A stretch of DNA of 64,000 bases from Octopus sinensis. Its lineage: Eukaryota. A program made the position numbers and the translations under genes. Positions within the stretch are counted from its first letter, which is position 1. Each line of letters opens with the position of its first letter. The stretch spans positions 5,208,001 through 5,272,000 of the forward strand of contig NC_042999.1 of assembly GCF_006345805.1 (NCBI RefSeq), in the 5' to 3' direction. Shown piece by piece: positions 1 through 12,950 of the stretch. The notes beneath the pieces were generated by a model that had not been told where the DNA came from, did no database searches, and worked only from the letters and a program-made list of their open reading frames with translations.

Positions 1-742
1 AATTGACATGAATGCTTTGTAGTCAAAATACCAGTTTTTCTGTGGTTTTCACAATATTTTTCTTTTTAGTAAGTGCCTCTATTTAAAACAAACCTATTAA
101 AATTTCTGAATAATGTTTTAGTAATTTAGATATGGACCCAAATAAAATATAATACCTGCCAGTGAAATAATGGATACTATTGTAAGTTATGGAATACAGG
201 GAAGTTCATGTTTAAGTTGGAATGAAAAATGAGGAGATGAACAGGCATAAAAAGATTTACTGTAATTGTAACCTTTCGTCAGAAATGTGGAATTAACTCT
301 GAAGTTAGCCAGAGACAACACATTTTATATTGCTATGTGAATCAAACAAAGTTATTGAGGAACATATTCTTTAAAAATTATTCTAAAGTATTTCATTCTG
401 ATTTGGAATCAACAACACAAGTACCAAGAGATGATAAAACAGACAAGTCACAGTGTACAGTCGTAATCTTGTCTTACACTTATACAATCCTGTTCACCAT
501 AACAGAAATTCTTCTTGTCACTTCTTTGCTTTTCCCTTGACGTAACAGTTCGTTTCTTGAGGGTCTCCCCACAAAAAGATCTCATTTGCTTCCTTCAGTT
601 TTCTTTGTAGGACTGGTTTTCACTATTTTGTTTATATTTTGAGAAGAGCAAACAATTTTTTTGTTTCACCTCAGGGCATTTGAAAATGCTTCTTTTATCA
701 AGTACCATTACGTTATAACAAGCTGATATTTTATATATTAAC

Positions 743-2367
743 ATGGATTCTATCAGGTATCAACTGAGATATAATCTAAATGGTAATTTGGAGCTTGACT
801 TACGAAGGCATCGATTAGTTGCAATACCATCCAGTGTGTTCAGGTATCCAGCAATCAAAGTATTAATTTTACAAGAGAACTTTCTGGAATATCTACCAAG
901 TGACATTGCCATGTTAGCATCATTAAGTGTTTTGCAATTACAGAAAAACAGACTAATGACCATCCCCAGAGAAATAACATACTGCCGCCAACTGCGGTAT
1001 TTGGATCTCACTAGTAACAATTTCATCTCTTTTCCACAAGCCATTATTTTCTTAAAACAACTCAAAATCCTCAAAATAGCAAACAACCAAATCAAAGACA
1101 TTCCATATCAAATTAGTTATTTAGATAAATTGTGCAAATTCGACATTCATAAAAACAATTTACAGAATCTGCCAAATTCAATGGCAAGTCTCAAAAAATT
1201 GCAAGAATTAGATTTATCAGAGAATCTTTTTGAGCAGCTTCCTCCAGTTATATGCTCGTTATGCAACACTAAATCCTTAAATTTTAGTAGAAACTTATTG
1301 ACTTATATAATACCTTGTTTGGATAATTTGAAGAACTTGCAAGAACTCAACGTCTCATACAATAACTTAATGTCTGTGTGTTTATCGATGAACAAATTAA
1401 AGAAGATGAAGTATCTGAACCTGAGTTACAATCAACTGACGGAAGTGCCAACATCTCTACAGCAGCTGCCATACCTGAGAATACTTCACATTCAAGGAAA
1501 TAAAATTAAGCATGTACCAAATGGCTTCACGAGTTTAATGTACCTGAATCTTTCTAACAATCAAATCTATAATTTTACAATAGGAAAAATGAAGAATTTG
1601 TTATCACTGAACGTCAGTCACAACAGATTGAGTCAATTACCTCACGGCTTCTATCAGCTGAAACGACTGGAACACCTGATTGTTAACGACAATCACATAA
1701 AGTCCATACCTTATGAAATAGTAAGACTAAAACACCTACGCACACTGGATATTAGCAACAACAGGTTAACGAGCGTACCCCCATATATTCCTCAAATTAC
1801 AAGTTTGGAATATTTCAATACAGAAAACTGTAACGGAGAACAAGAGACAAACTCACAGAGAAACGAATTCATCACAGCAAAGAAACACTTTATGAAAAAA
1901 CACGAAAGCAACTTAATTCAGAAGAAGTGCCTCGAAGCGAAACCTCCAAAGCAATATTCCTCAGTGAAAAGTTTTACTGGGGATAACCAATATACAAAAA
2001 GAAAACAGTGCAAACGCTTCCAATGCCAGACGGGGACATTGTTGAAGAACACGGCTTTATTAGAATACGACACAACCCATTACACAATGCCATCATATAA
2101 GGCTCAGGCATGGAATAACACAGATGCCAACTCCATATCAAATGTATCCAATCAAAGGCAAATCTTAAATAGAGGAGGAAGCCAATGGCTCCATGCTTAC
2201 TCTAAAAGCACGGACAGCAAACGAAACCTTCACACAAGCGACAGCACGAGTGGTTTTGCTGATGAGATTGAGGTCAGTATTGCCAGTGATGTCTCTTCAA
2301 ATGATCCAGCAATGATGACCATTCACGACTGGTTGGAACCAGAACCAGAACACAGGAATACCAACTG
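743..2367 (+). CDS. LRR-ZU5 gene, coding exon 1: about 15 tandem 23-aa LRRs plus a low-complexity linker
   Basis: Regular LxxLxLxxNxLxxLP repeats over aa ~15-365. In-frame TAA at 716 upstream of ATG 743. Acceptor tttcacctcag at 674 implies an upstream UTR exon. Strong donor TG|gtaagt at 2368, so the ORF-track stop at 2371 is intronic. Confidence 0.93.
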
Positions 2368-3963
2368 GTAAGTACAACAGATGTTATAAACAGGAATTTT
2401 TCTGATAATTAGTACATAATTACATTTCTAGATTAGTTTCAGAAACAATATAACCTTGAAGGTGAAAAGAAAAATAATTATATAAGCATTGTAGGTGCAG
2501 GTGTTTAGTAAGAAGCTTGTTTCCCAACCTGGTTCTGGGTTCAGTCCCACTGCGTGGCACCTTGAGCAAGTATCTTCTACTAGTTTTGGGTTGGCCAAAG
2601 CCTTGTGAGTGGACTTAATAGATGGAAACTGAAAGAAGCCTGTTGTGTGTGTATATATAAAGAACACCTTTCAACCATTGGGCCTCACGGAAGCAATGAC
2701 CAAGACCTTTGGCATTATGTCATGCTTGAGAAGAAGACCCATCAAGCCAAGCCAAGCAAAATCCCAGTTGTGGCAGATACCGGTGTTATGCAAATTGGCA
2801 CCCATGCTAGTGGCACATAAAAGCACCCCAGTGTCAAGCAAATGGCACATAAAACCACACATTACACTCTTGGAGTGGTTGGTGTTAGGAAGGGTATCCA
2901 GCTGTAGAAAACCATGCCAGCATGGACAACAGATGTTAAATGATGATGGTGATGATGATAGGTATGATTGCCTTTGTGTCTGTGTTTGTCCCCCACAACT
3001 GCTTGGTAATCAGTGTTGGTTTGTTTACACCCTTGTAACTTACACACTGATGGAATAACTACCAAGCTTAAAAAAAAAAAGTACTAATGTTGATATGTTG
3101 TACAAAAAATTTTTTCAAGGCGGTGACCCAGCATGGGTGCAGTCTGACTGGAGCAAGTAAAAGATAAAGATTTCCACTGAAATCTTATTTGAGAACAATA
3201 GGATAAAGTATGTTTCATTTAAATTAGAAATCTTGGAGTAGAGAGGCTTAGTGGAAGGAGAGGAAAAAAAACAAACAAACTGATACTCTATTAATTACGA
3301 TGACAAGTGTTCCTGTATCAACAGAACAGCCTGCTTGTCAAATAATTAACAGGCAAGTGGCTGGGCATTCCATGGACATGTGTACCCTTGATGCAGTTCT
3401 CAAGGAGATTCAGCGTGACACAGAATGCGAAGGGGCCGGTCATTTGAAATACAAATCCTTTCTTCCAGCTGAGTGGACAGGAGCAATGGGAAATAAAGTG
3501 ACCTGCTCAGGGACACAACATACTGCTGGGGATTGAACTCTTGATCTTACAATCGTGAGCCAAATACCCTAACCCAGCATTTCTCAACTGGAGTTCCTCA
3601 GGGACACTAGGGTTCCGCAAGAAAGAGTGAGATAGGCTAATGCTAATTTCATGATCTTAATATTACTTACTATACATGCACAACATATTATTGGTTATTG
3701 TAATATAGACATCATCCTATCTAACCTATTACGTTATCGAAAAATATAACAACCATAATATATATATATATGATATTTACCACTTGAACTACAATGAAAA
3801 AAATACAAGAAAGATATGGTATAGAAACACTGCCCTGACCACTAAGCCATGCGCCTTCATCTATATTAGAAGTGAGAAACTGAGAGACATAAGAAAATAA
3901 CTCTTTAACCAAACTCTTTTAAATGGGTTAAAAGCAAAACCTGAAACATAAATTCCATTGCAG

Positions 3964-4186
3964 GCCGACAGTCCAGTTCAGCTTTGATGAAACTATTTCA
4001 TGTGGCTGTAGTGATTCTAATGCAACAGTGGCCAATCCAAGAGCACATGGTCTGGTGAAGGTATTTAAAGAGATATTCAGCATAACAGAGGCCGGAGGAG
4101 AGTTTGTCTCCTCAGACAACTCTAACATCTCTTTAAATATACCAAGTGACAATAATGTGGAACAACACCTACAGGTTATCATGCAG
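3964..4186 (+). CDS. LRR-ZU5 gene, exon 2 (N-terminal half of ZU5-like domain)
   Basis: ttgcag acceptor in phase 2 matches exon 1; ITEAGGEFVSSDNSNISLNIP resembles the ZU5 start (xxGGxL...xxP); CAG|gtgagt donor. Confidence 0.85.
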
Positions 4187-5409
4187 GTGAGTGGAAACAT
4201 TTTTATAGATTATGAAATTCCATTCAAAATCTTCAATTTTAGAATACATGAAATTTTGTGACTGTTTAAAATAGATGCCATATAATCCATTAACTGGACA
4301 TTTCTACATGGATGCACTTGAGGAAAATTTCATTCCTCAGTTGTCTTCTTTGTACTCAGATAATTCTCAAACAACTTACACAACAGGGAATGATTAGTTA
4401 GATTGCTAGACTATGGCCATGCTATAGCACCACTTTCAAAACTTTATTCTTTAGTCAATCAAATTGTTCCCAGAGATTATTTAAGATTGGTACTTGTTCT
4501 ATTAGTTTCTGTTTTTGCTATTCGAGCGAGGTCATTGCCAGTGCCGCTGGACTGGCTCTTGTGCAGGTGGCACATAAAAAGCACCATTTGAGTGTGGCTG
4601 TTGCCAGTACCACCAAAGTGGCCCTCATGCCGGTGGCACCTAATAGCACCCACTACACTCTCAGAGTGGTTGGCATTAGGAAGGGCATCCAGCTGTAGAA
4701 ACTCTGCCAGATCAGATTGGAATCTGGTTCGCCAGTCCTCAGTCAAATCGTCCAACCCATGCTAGCATGGAAAGCGGATGTTAAATGATGATGATAATAA
4801 AGTTCTAAGGATGTAAAGAAACCCACACAACTTGCATCTACCAAATTTATTCACAAAATAATAATGGTGGTTCAACCTGGACCTAAAGATGAAATTATTT
4901 GCCTGTTGAGCCTATAAATTCTTTCAGATCATGGATAGAGCCAGCCGATAACGTGTGCAATACAAGCATGTACTGCACTCTGTAGTGTGTAAAAATGCAT
5001 CTAAAATCCAATTTGTGCAAAGATGTTGCTATTTTCTTTTAGAATTAGAAGAGAACCTCAAGGGTTTCAGATTAGGTTACATACAACAAGAAAATCTTGC
5101 AAATGTTTCCAATGTCAGACAAGTACATCGTTATCACTCAACTTAGCAGTTTGGCAAAAGTGACCCTGATAGAATAAGTACCAGGCTGAAAAAAAAAATG
5201 TACTGGGGTGATTTGTTCAAAATTCTTCAGGGTGGTGCCCTAGCATGGCTGCAGTCTAATGACTGAAACAAGCAAAAGATAAATTTGCCCCACTCTTTTT
5301 TTTTTTTTTAAAATTTCATTCACAATATGATGGAAAGACAAATGCAACATCTGGGGATCATTGAAAAAAAAAAAAAAGGGAAGCCACTCAAGTTCGAGGT
5401 TTTGTTTCC

Positions 5410-5765
5410 AACCCAGGAATTTCATCTCTAATTCTTCTACAGGAACCAAATCATCAGCATATAGGAGTTCCCATTGATAGTAGGTCTTGAACTCCTCTCT
5501 GATGGCCTGTAAGACTATGAATGAGGATTGAACCTAAATGTGTTCCTGTCTTCATGCCAAATTAATTGCTCAACGTATTGCAGACTCATTTTACTAACTG
5601 CACACACATACATAAATTGTACAACCCTAGCAAGCCATTCGTCTACACCTAGTTTCTTTAATGACCACCAGATTACTGAGCATGGCATCCTATCAAAAGC
5701 CTTCTCCAAATTAAAAAAAAATGCTAGATATGGTGTCTTACTCAGCAGTTGTTTCACCACATTTA
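5410..5765 (-). mobile_element. Decayed RTE reverse transcriptase fragment
   Basis: LEKAFDR...IWWSLKKLGVDEWL, followed by QGSxLSP-like and ELLYADD-like segments with frameshifts. Confidence 0.8.
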
Positions 5766-6149
5766 CAGTAAATTAAATGATTCACAAACTAATCCTTCAA
5801 GCACACAACCACATTGTTGATGGGTCAAGTCAGCTACAGTACAGGTATTGCCAAATGTGAGTTGGTTTATAAACAAGAACCTCTCCAACAAGAATCCAGA
5901 ATACCCCAGTTGTAATGTTCAGTTCCTTAGAATAAGATGAAGACTGAATTGGCAATCCAGAGTATTTAAACAATAATAAATGATGATATATTTAGATTTT
6001 AGAACTTAATTCAGTTTAAAGATTTTCTTCTCAAAAGGGTAGACTGCCAGAAGAGATTCCAAGACAATGTTTCATCAGAAATTTGAATTTAAAATATTTA
6101 AGGAAAAAAACCCCCAGTATATAAACAGAAATCTAACTGAAGCAATAAT

Positions 6150-6188
<39 letters not shown>

Positions 6189-6977
6189 CATCATCATCAT
6201 CATCATCATTTAGCGTCCGCTTTCCATGCTAGCATGGATTGGATGGTTCAACTGGGGTCTGGGAAGCCAGAAGGCTGCATCAGGCCCAGTCTGATCTGGC
6301 AGTGTTTCTACAGCTGGATGCCCTTCCTAACGCCAACCACTCCGTGAGTGTAGTGGGTGCTTTTTACGTGCCACCCGCACAGGTGCCAGATGGGGCTGGC
6401 AAACGGCCACGGATGGATGGTGCTTTTTATGTGCCACCGGCACGGTTATATATATATATATATATATATATAATCATCATCATCATCATCATCATCATCG
6501 TTTAACGTCCGTTTTCCGCGCTAGCACGGTTTGGACGATTTCGACCGGGGTCTGGGGAGCTCGGGACTGCCCCAGGCTCCAGTCTAGTCTGGCAGTGTTC
6601 TACAGCTGGATGCCTTCCTAACGCCAACCACTCCGCGAGTGTAGTGGGTGCTTTTTACGTGCCACCTGCACAGGTGCCAGAGGGGTCTGGCATCGGCCAC
6701 GTTCGGATGGTGCTTTTTATGTGGGGGGGGGGTGCAGAAATATAGGGGAGCACCAGTGGGGAGGGGTGGTTCAGAGAAATGATGACAGGTTCTAGGCAAG
6801 TAGAACGTAGGATATCGACAGAGGGGTAATGCATGGTGAAATAGCGTATTGAAGAGGGGGGTTCGAAGAGTAGACACCTATAATGGTGGTGGGACAAGCG
6901 ACATCCGGTATAGATGGAGCAAAATATAGAGATATCCGGTATTGGTGGTGGGGGGTGGGAGGGCGGTCGCACCGCGC

Positions 6978-7246
6978 ATTGGGAGATGAGGTTTTAGGCG
7001 GCAGAAAGAAGACAGGATTGAGATGAAATGCTTTGCGGTGGTGTGAATAAGTTTTTGTGAGTGAAAGTTTTTATGCTTCAGCTAGCATTTGAGACGAAAG
7101 ACAACGATAACGCTATTAGATGGGGATACAATAATAATAAGGCTTGCAAAAACAATGAAAAGAGGAAACAGGTCGGGAACTTAGCTGATGTTTTTTCATC
7201 CTGCGGTATTTTGCTAAGCCTGTGGAAGCGAGTGAAGGTGAGATAT

Positions 7247-7294
<48 letters not shown>

Positions 7295-7470
7295 TGAGAG
7301 AGAGACAGTGAAAACAGAGGGAGAACCGACACCACATAGCGAGAGAGAGAATTGGGAGATGAGGTTTTAGGCGGCAGAAAGAAGACAGGATTGAGATGAA
7401 ATGCTTTGCGGTGGTGTGAATAAGTTTTTGTGAGTGAAAGTTTTTATGCTTTAGCTAGCATTTGAGACGA
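6978..7470 (+). repeat. 120-bp direct repeat (6978-7097 and 7351-7470, one mismatch) around a spacer containing (AG)n
   Basis: Direct base comparison. Confidence 0.9.
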
Positions 7471-7640
7471 TAAAAGTAAAAGTTTTCACAAGCAAATATC
7501 TCAATTGTGGTCCTTAGAATGATAGAGTATAGCTTCCTGAAAGTACCTTATATTACATTTGCTATTAATATTTGAGCAGCTGATAAACTGATTACATGCA
7601 TGTCTTGCCTTTTATTTTTTTTTGTTGGTGATTAATGCAG

Positions 7641-7927
7641 GTAATTAGTATCAGTGAAGACGCCATTCTGTCGGCTCAAATCCAAGACCCTCTCCTGAAC
7701 AACATACTTTCCGTAAGTGTTATTGTGATGCTAACGCCCAACACTGACGTTCCATTTACCATTCCTATAACCATCAACCTGCCAGCACCACCGACACTGG
7801 AAGACAACGAAGTCAGTGGCTGTTTACACGTGCTGACGGCAAAGAACGACAACACCTGTACTCCTTTCTTTAGAAATTATACTCTGGAAAATGGATACAT
7901 AACCTTACAAACCTACCACTTAGCAGG
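7641..7927 (+). CDS. LRR-ZU5 gene, exon 3 (C-terminal half of ZU5-like domain)
   Basis: atgcag acceptor in phase 0; SVSVIVMLTPNTDVPFTIPITINLPAP resembles ZU5 SPxVxVxP..F.KPITxxxP; ends QTYHLAG|gtgagt in phase 2. Confidence 0.85.
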
Positions 7928-9317
7928 GTGAGTGAACATTTCATTATTTGTCATAAATAAAAAAAAACAATTTACAGACATTTAAACCATCCCCACCTCA
8001 CAATTCAAAATATCTTATATTAGTCTTCAACGTACTCAACAGAGTGGTATGAATTTCCTCTAACAAACTCTCTATGTTGGTTTCAAATTTTGGCACAAGG
8101 CCAGCAAGTTCAGGGGAGGGGGAGGAGTAAGTTGATTACATTGATCCCAGTGCTCAACTGGTACTTATTTTATTGACCCCAAAAGGATAAAAGGCAAAGC
8201 CAACTTTGGTTGAATTTGAACTCAGAACATAAAGGCAAATGAAATGCCACTAAGCATTTTGCCGGGTGTGCTAACGATTCTGCCAGCTCGTTGCCTTACT
8301 CTCAATTTATATTGAGAAGCATTCATTTAAATCCTAAATTTTAGGATAAAATACCCAATAATAAAGAGGAAATGACAGACTGAAAAGACAGGGACATTCA
8401 ATCAGTTGGTAATTCCCATCTAGAGGCTTACTTGAGTTAAAATATTTAATACTAACTCACAACAACAATGTACATGGCTGATGCCAGCGCCACCTTGAGT
8501 GGCTTCTGTGCCGGTGGCACGTAAAAAACACTAACCGATTGTGGCCATTTCCAGCCTCCCCTGGCCCCTGTGCCGGTGGCACCTAAAAAGCACCCACTAC
8601 ACTCACGGAATGGTTGGCGTTAGGAAGGGTATCCAGCTGTAGAAACACTGCCAGATCAGACTGGAGCCTGGTGCAGCCATCTGGCTTCCCAGACCCTGGT
8701 CAAACTGTCCAACCCATGCTAGCATGGAAAACGGACGTTAAACGATGATGATGATTTATACTGAAATTTTTCTAGTGAATGAAATTGCCTGAAAATTCAG
8801 ATACTATTATTTTGACCTAAATAACTAAAACAAGAATTTCATTGAAATCCATTTGATAGAGACTACACACACAAGTCACAATTTGTGTCAAGCATTTGTT
8901 ATCATCATCATCATCATTTAGCGTCCGCTTTCCATGCTAGCATGGGTTGGACGGTTCAACTGGGGTCTGGGAAGCCAGAAGGCTGCACCAGGCCTAATCT
9001 GATCTGGCAGTGTTTCTATGGCTGGATGCCCTTCCTAACGCCAACCACTCCGTGAGTGTAGTGGGTGCTTTTTACGTGCCACCCGCACAGGTGCCAGACG
9101 GGGCTGGCAAACGGCCATGGATGGATGGTGCTTTTTACATGCCACCGGCACGGGGGCCAGGCAAGGCTGGCAAACGGCCACGGACGGATGGTGCTTTTTA
9201 CGTGCCACCGGCACGGAGGCCAGTCGGGGCGGCGCTGGCAACAGACACGGTCGGGTGTGTAACGGACTGACAATCGGCATGAATGGGTTAAGGTATTTTC
9301 TTTTGCTAAACTTACAG

Positions 9318-9345
9318 TACTGCAGTGATTAGCTTCTATTGTTAG
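9318..9345 (+). CDS. Probable last coding exon of LRR-ZU5 gene (TAVISFYC*), giving about 720 aa
   Basis: tattttcttttgctaaacttacag acceptor in phase 2; HLAG-TAVIS aligns with the ZU5 end HFSW-FLVVS; an alternative acceptor at 9552 exists. Confidence 0.45.
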
Positions 9346-10048
9346 ATGTGATGTGTGCTTGCTTCTGAATGCATCCGTCAGGTTACATAGTTACATAGCA
9401 CTTCTGTTTTAATGTTCTAACAAAGCCGAGAGGTGTTAAGTCCCCAACTCACAACACTTGCTTTGTAATTGTACTCCACTAACAACACTAAGCTGACATT
9501 GGAAACCAAATCAGTAACTGGGAATTGTTACATTTCCTTTCTTTCTTTAAGTTTTCATCGTTATAACTGGTGCACTGTAACGAAGCTATATGGGGAAAAT
9601 TTATTGATTAACATTGTGAGCAGCTCTGCAACTAATTCTGAACAAATATTAGTTGAAATCCAGCTTAAGAGAGCAAGCTTACACATGTTCAACTAGGCAT
9701 AAACATATAAATGTTTCAGTGTCATTTAATTTTTTTCTAACAAAGCACATGTCTGGAAGAGTTTTTTCTTTTTTTTTTTGAAGCAAGTCAAGCCTTAACC
9801 TGAAGATGATCTGAAATTATTGCTAAATGTAGGACAGATTATTTTTTTAAGATGTAGATTTAAGAAGGTTATGACAGACAAAAAAAAGTATTCATATGAG
9901 ATTAAAAGGATTCTGGATATTATCTGATGTATGGATTTAGTGAAGAAGTAGACCAGTGGGCCTTAACCTTTTTTGTGTAGCACCCCCCACTAAGTGGTGA
10001 GTGAGGTATCATGACTAAACTAACTTCACATGGATGATAATTTATAAA

Positions 10049-10443
10049 TCTCTCTCTGTATATAAAGCTGAAGTTGTCTGTGTATGGCAGGTTTGATAAC
10101 CTTCAACTAACACTATCTCCTCCGAGACCCTGCGGCGCAAGTTGACCAAAATTGAGAGTATGATAGAAGAAGGCTTGCTCTTCCTTCCGTAGAAGAAAAA
10201 ATTCAAATCGGACCTTGTTAACACCAAAAATTATTTGCATCAAAAAGCTGCTTTTTTTTCTATGAAAATCCTTATTTTTTTTTAATGATTTTTTGACTGC
10301 TGTGTCGCCATTTTTCGGAGTATTTCAACCAGAAAAATGTTCACTTAAAGAGAATAACAAGCTACATAATGCAAAAGTTTTACTTTTCAATAATTCCAAT
10401 TCTAAAGGGTTGGAAAGAAAACAAGCCTGAGCAATACTGCTAG
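10049..10443 (+). mobile_element. Probable non-autonomous Helitron
   Basis: A|TC 5' end with tatataaagc, CTAG|T 3' end, no TSD; the subterminal hairpin is only degenerate. Confidence 0.45.
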
Positions 10444-12244
10444 TTTTACTCTAAAAATGGATTGTATAAGCTTTTAACAGTGAAATGATAAAAAAATGAT
10501 ACAGACAAAAGTTGAAAGTTTACTTTATACCTAACAAATTAATCACTGCTCTGTGCCAGATGAGATCTCATTTTTGTGTTAATAACCATTACCAGTTTTA
10601 TCAGGTATAATATAATTATTTACTTTAGGTAAGTTATGTACAATTATGTTACCTCACTGCCCACTAAAGCCTAGTGCCTTCTTGGGGGCAATACTGCTCA
10701 CATTGAGAACCTCTGTCTTATTAGAGACTCAACTGATGGCTACAGTGGAGTAACATTCCCGTATCTACACACACACAGATATCCTGGATTGCATTCAGAG
10801 AAGAGCTACCCACTTAATTGTTATTCAATTATTTACAGACATACTCCACCTTCTGGCCCACATGCGTGCTTCCTCCTCTCTTTGTCTTTTCTAATGTCAC
10901 TCTAATGCCTCTCTTCTTCAGAGCTGGCTTGTCTCCTATCCTTGCCACCCAGCCACCCCTAACCTCTTGCCACTCTTGCTGTATTCATTCCACTTGGTCC
11001 TAACCATTATTTCTAGTCCTTTCTTCTCGTAACATCAACCTTCTGAAATCTTGTCTTTCCTGCAAATGTTGAGCCACAACACTTTCAATGGTGCACTAAT
11101 AGCATCAATTACCACTCACAGACAATGACTTATCCCCCACACTCACAAAATAATATCAATATTTTTACTGGAAGGCATCTACACTTGTGCTTGCCTGTTC
11201 ATATAGTTCCACTATTCACAGCAATATTAATGCAAGAATGTTATAAATTAGAGACTGTATCAGTGATAAGTTGTGGCAATTGCCTTAATCAAAGATTTAA
11301 AACATGAAAAAGTAGAAACTTAGGAAAGAATAAAAGTTTGCTAATTAAGGGTTGGAGAATGCTTTCCTTCATACTTTCAAAGGTTTTCTGTCAGTGAATA
11401 TTTTCTATGAGTTGAGGTCTGAACACTTTTTCAAAAAATACAATACATTTTAGATTAATGCAGGGTGTGGCCTTTGTGATGTTCTTTATTACTTAAATTG
11501 GGCTAAAATAGTCAGGTACATAATGATTTAGTGCTGGGGTTCTCAACAGGGGCCCATATGATCTTTGGGGATCCATATAAGATCTTGTTAAAATTTATCT
11601 GCAATGAATTAGTTACACTTCGACAATACACAAAATATTGTAACACTTATTTCTACAATTCCTAAGAATGTTTAATTATCAAAATATAATGGAAGCCAGA
11701 CATGTGATGATGATGATGATCATTGTACTTTTAAGATACGATCGACTGTTGGTCTAGACTAGAAATCTCTTGCATATATTTAAGTGAATATCTCTGATTG
11801 TTAATTAACTGCAGGCCAGCCTTAATTGTACAGATCCATGATTAAAAAAAAAAAATAACGTTCTGTGACCAGCTTTTTCAGACATTGCATCAAGAGTGCA
11901 CCATGCACTGATGTGTCCTGCAGTTCTTAGAATGGGACAAAGTGATTTGAAATTTTGGCTCATTGTTATGAGTAATTTCTTCTCAAGAATCACCATTCAT
12001 ACTGCACATTAATTAAAATGCATACTTCTCTTCCTCAAACATATAACCCCATTCAATGCCAAAGATTTTATTGAAAAATCATCAGAAAAGTTTTCAAATA
12101 CAATCATATGCTTATGGCTTGGAGCAGATAATACTATATTATTTCTTTCAGATCAGGTTTTGATGGAACTCTTGGAGTCTTGCATTTGTAGCAGGCTTGC
12201 TGCCTGCAGGATATGGCACCACGCTGTCTGTTCTTTTCCATTAC

Positions 12245-12353
12245 CTAAGACTTTCCTGATGATTTTGGCCATTTCAAGGTGGCAAACCTTTTGCAACAGT
12301 TCTACTGGGCATTCTATTCCCATTTCCTTTATATTCCTCTTGATGCCCTCTAA
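12245..12353 (-). mobile_element. C-terminal fragment of an R4/Dong-type (RLE endonuclease) LINE
   Basis: LEGIKRNIKEMGIECPVELLQKVCHLEMAKIIRKVL resembles the LQKxxLLGTAxIxRKVL terminus. Confidence 0.55.
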
Positions 12354-12950
12354 TCAGGGATGTGCTGCCTAGGTAGACAGTACCTACCTTCATAAAATAG
12401 ATTGATAGCAACATCATTTTCCTTTTATGGCAAAATATGTACTTAATTCAATAAAATTATGTAGGTTACTCTGATTACTATACAAAAAATATAATATTTT
12501 GTAGATTAGGTAAGCATAATTCGTCCCTGCTTTTCAATCTCAATATCTAAGCTATGCATAATACTGCTATAGTACACATGCTGCATACATTCATAGAACA
12601 TTTTCTTTATGTGCTATAAAGGCAGATGTAAATCTACCTACAACTCAGTTGCACACCCGTGTTTTACTTATTTTTTGTGTGTTTTACTACATAAAGGTTA
12701 CCAACTGCCTACCCTGAGTAATTACTGATGGCATGTACCTGCTTTTGATACTGTTCCCAAGGACCCAACAATAATTGGTACATTATTATTATTATTATTA
12801 TTTGATGACATGCTTCAAAAAAAAGACATGTGTAAAACTGAACAATCCATATAAAGCACAACAAAACGATATCAACTGATTCACACACCACAAGTTTATC
12901 AATGTTGTTTTTGTGTGTTTTAACACAGGAAAGTTGCAGTAATGACCAGA

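Noticed and set aside
337-540. 67-aa ORF upstream of the LRR gene
   Set aside because: No recognisable domain and low-complexity composition; it lies upstream of the 674 acceptor.
760-1101. 113-aa antisense ORF over the LRR exon
   Set aside because: Typical shadow ORF of a coding exon.
6239-6505. Many 60-200 aa ORFs containing [23 protein letters not shown] and similar strings (also 9010, 21742, 31621, 44829, 48062, 60726 and others)
   Set aside because: They are translations of the RTE 3'-tail repeat in various frames, not genes.
12480-12546. Candidate exon DIEIEKQGRIMLT
   Set aside because: Weak acceptor and an in-frame stop before any donor.
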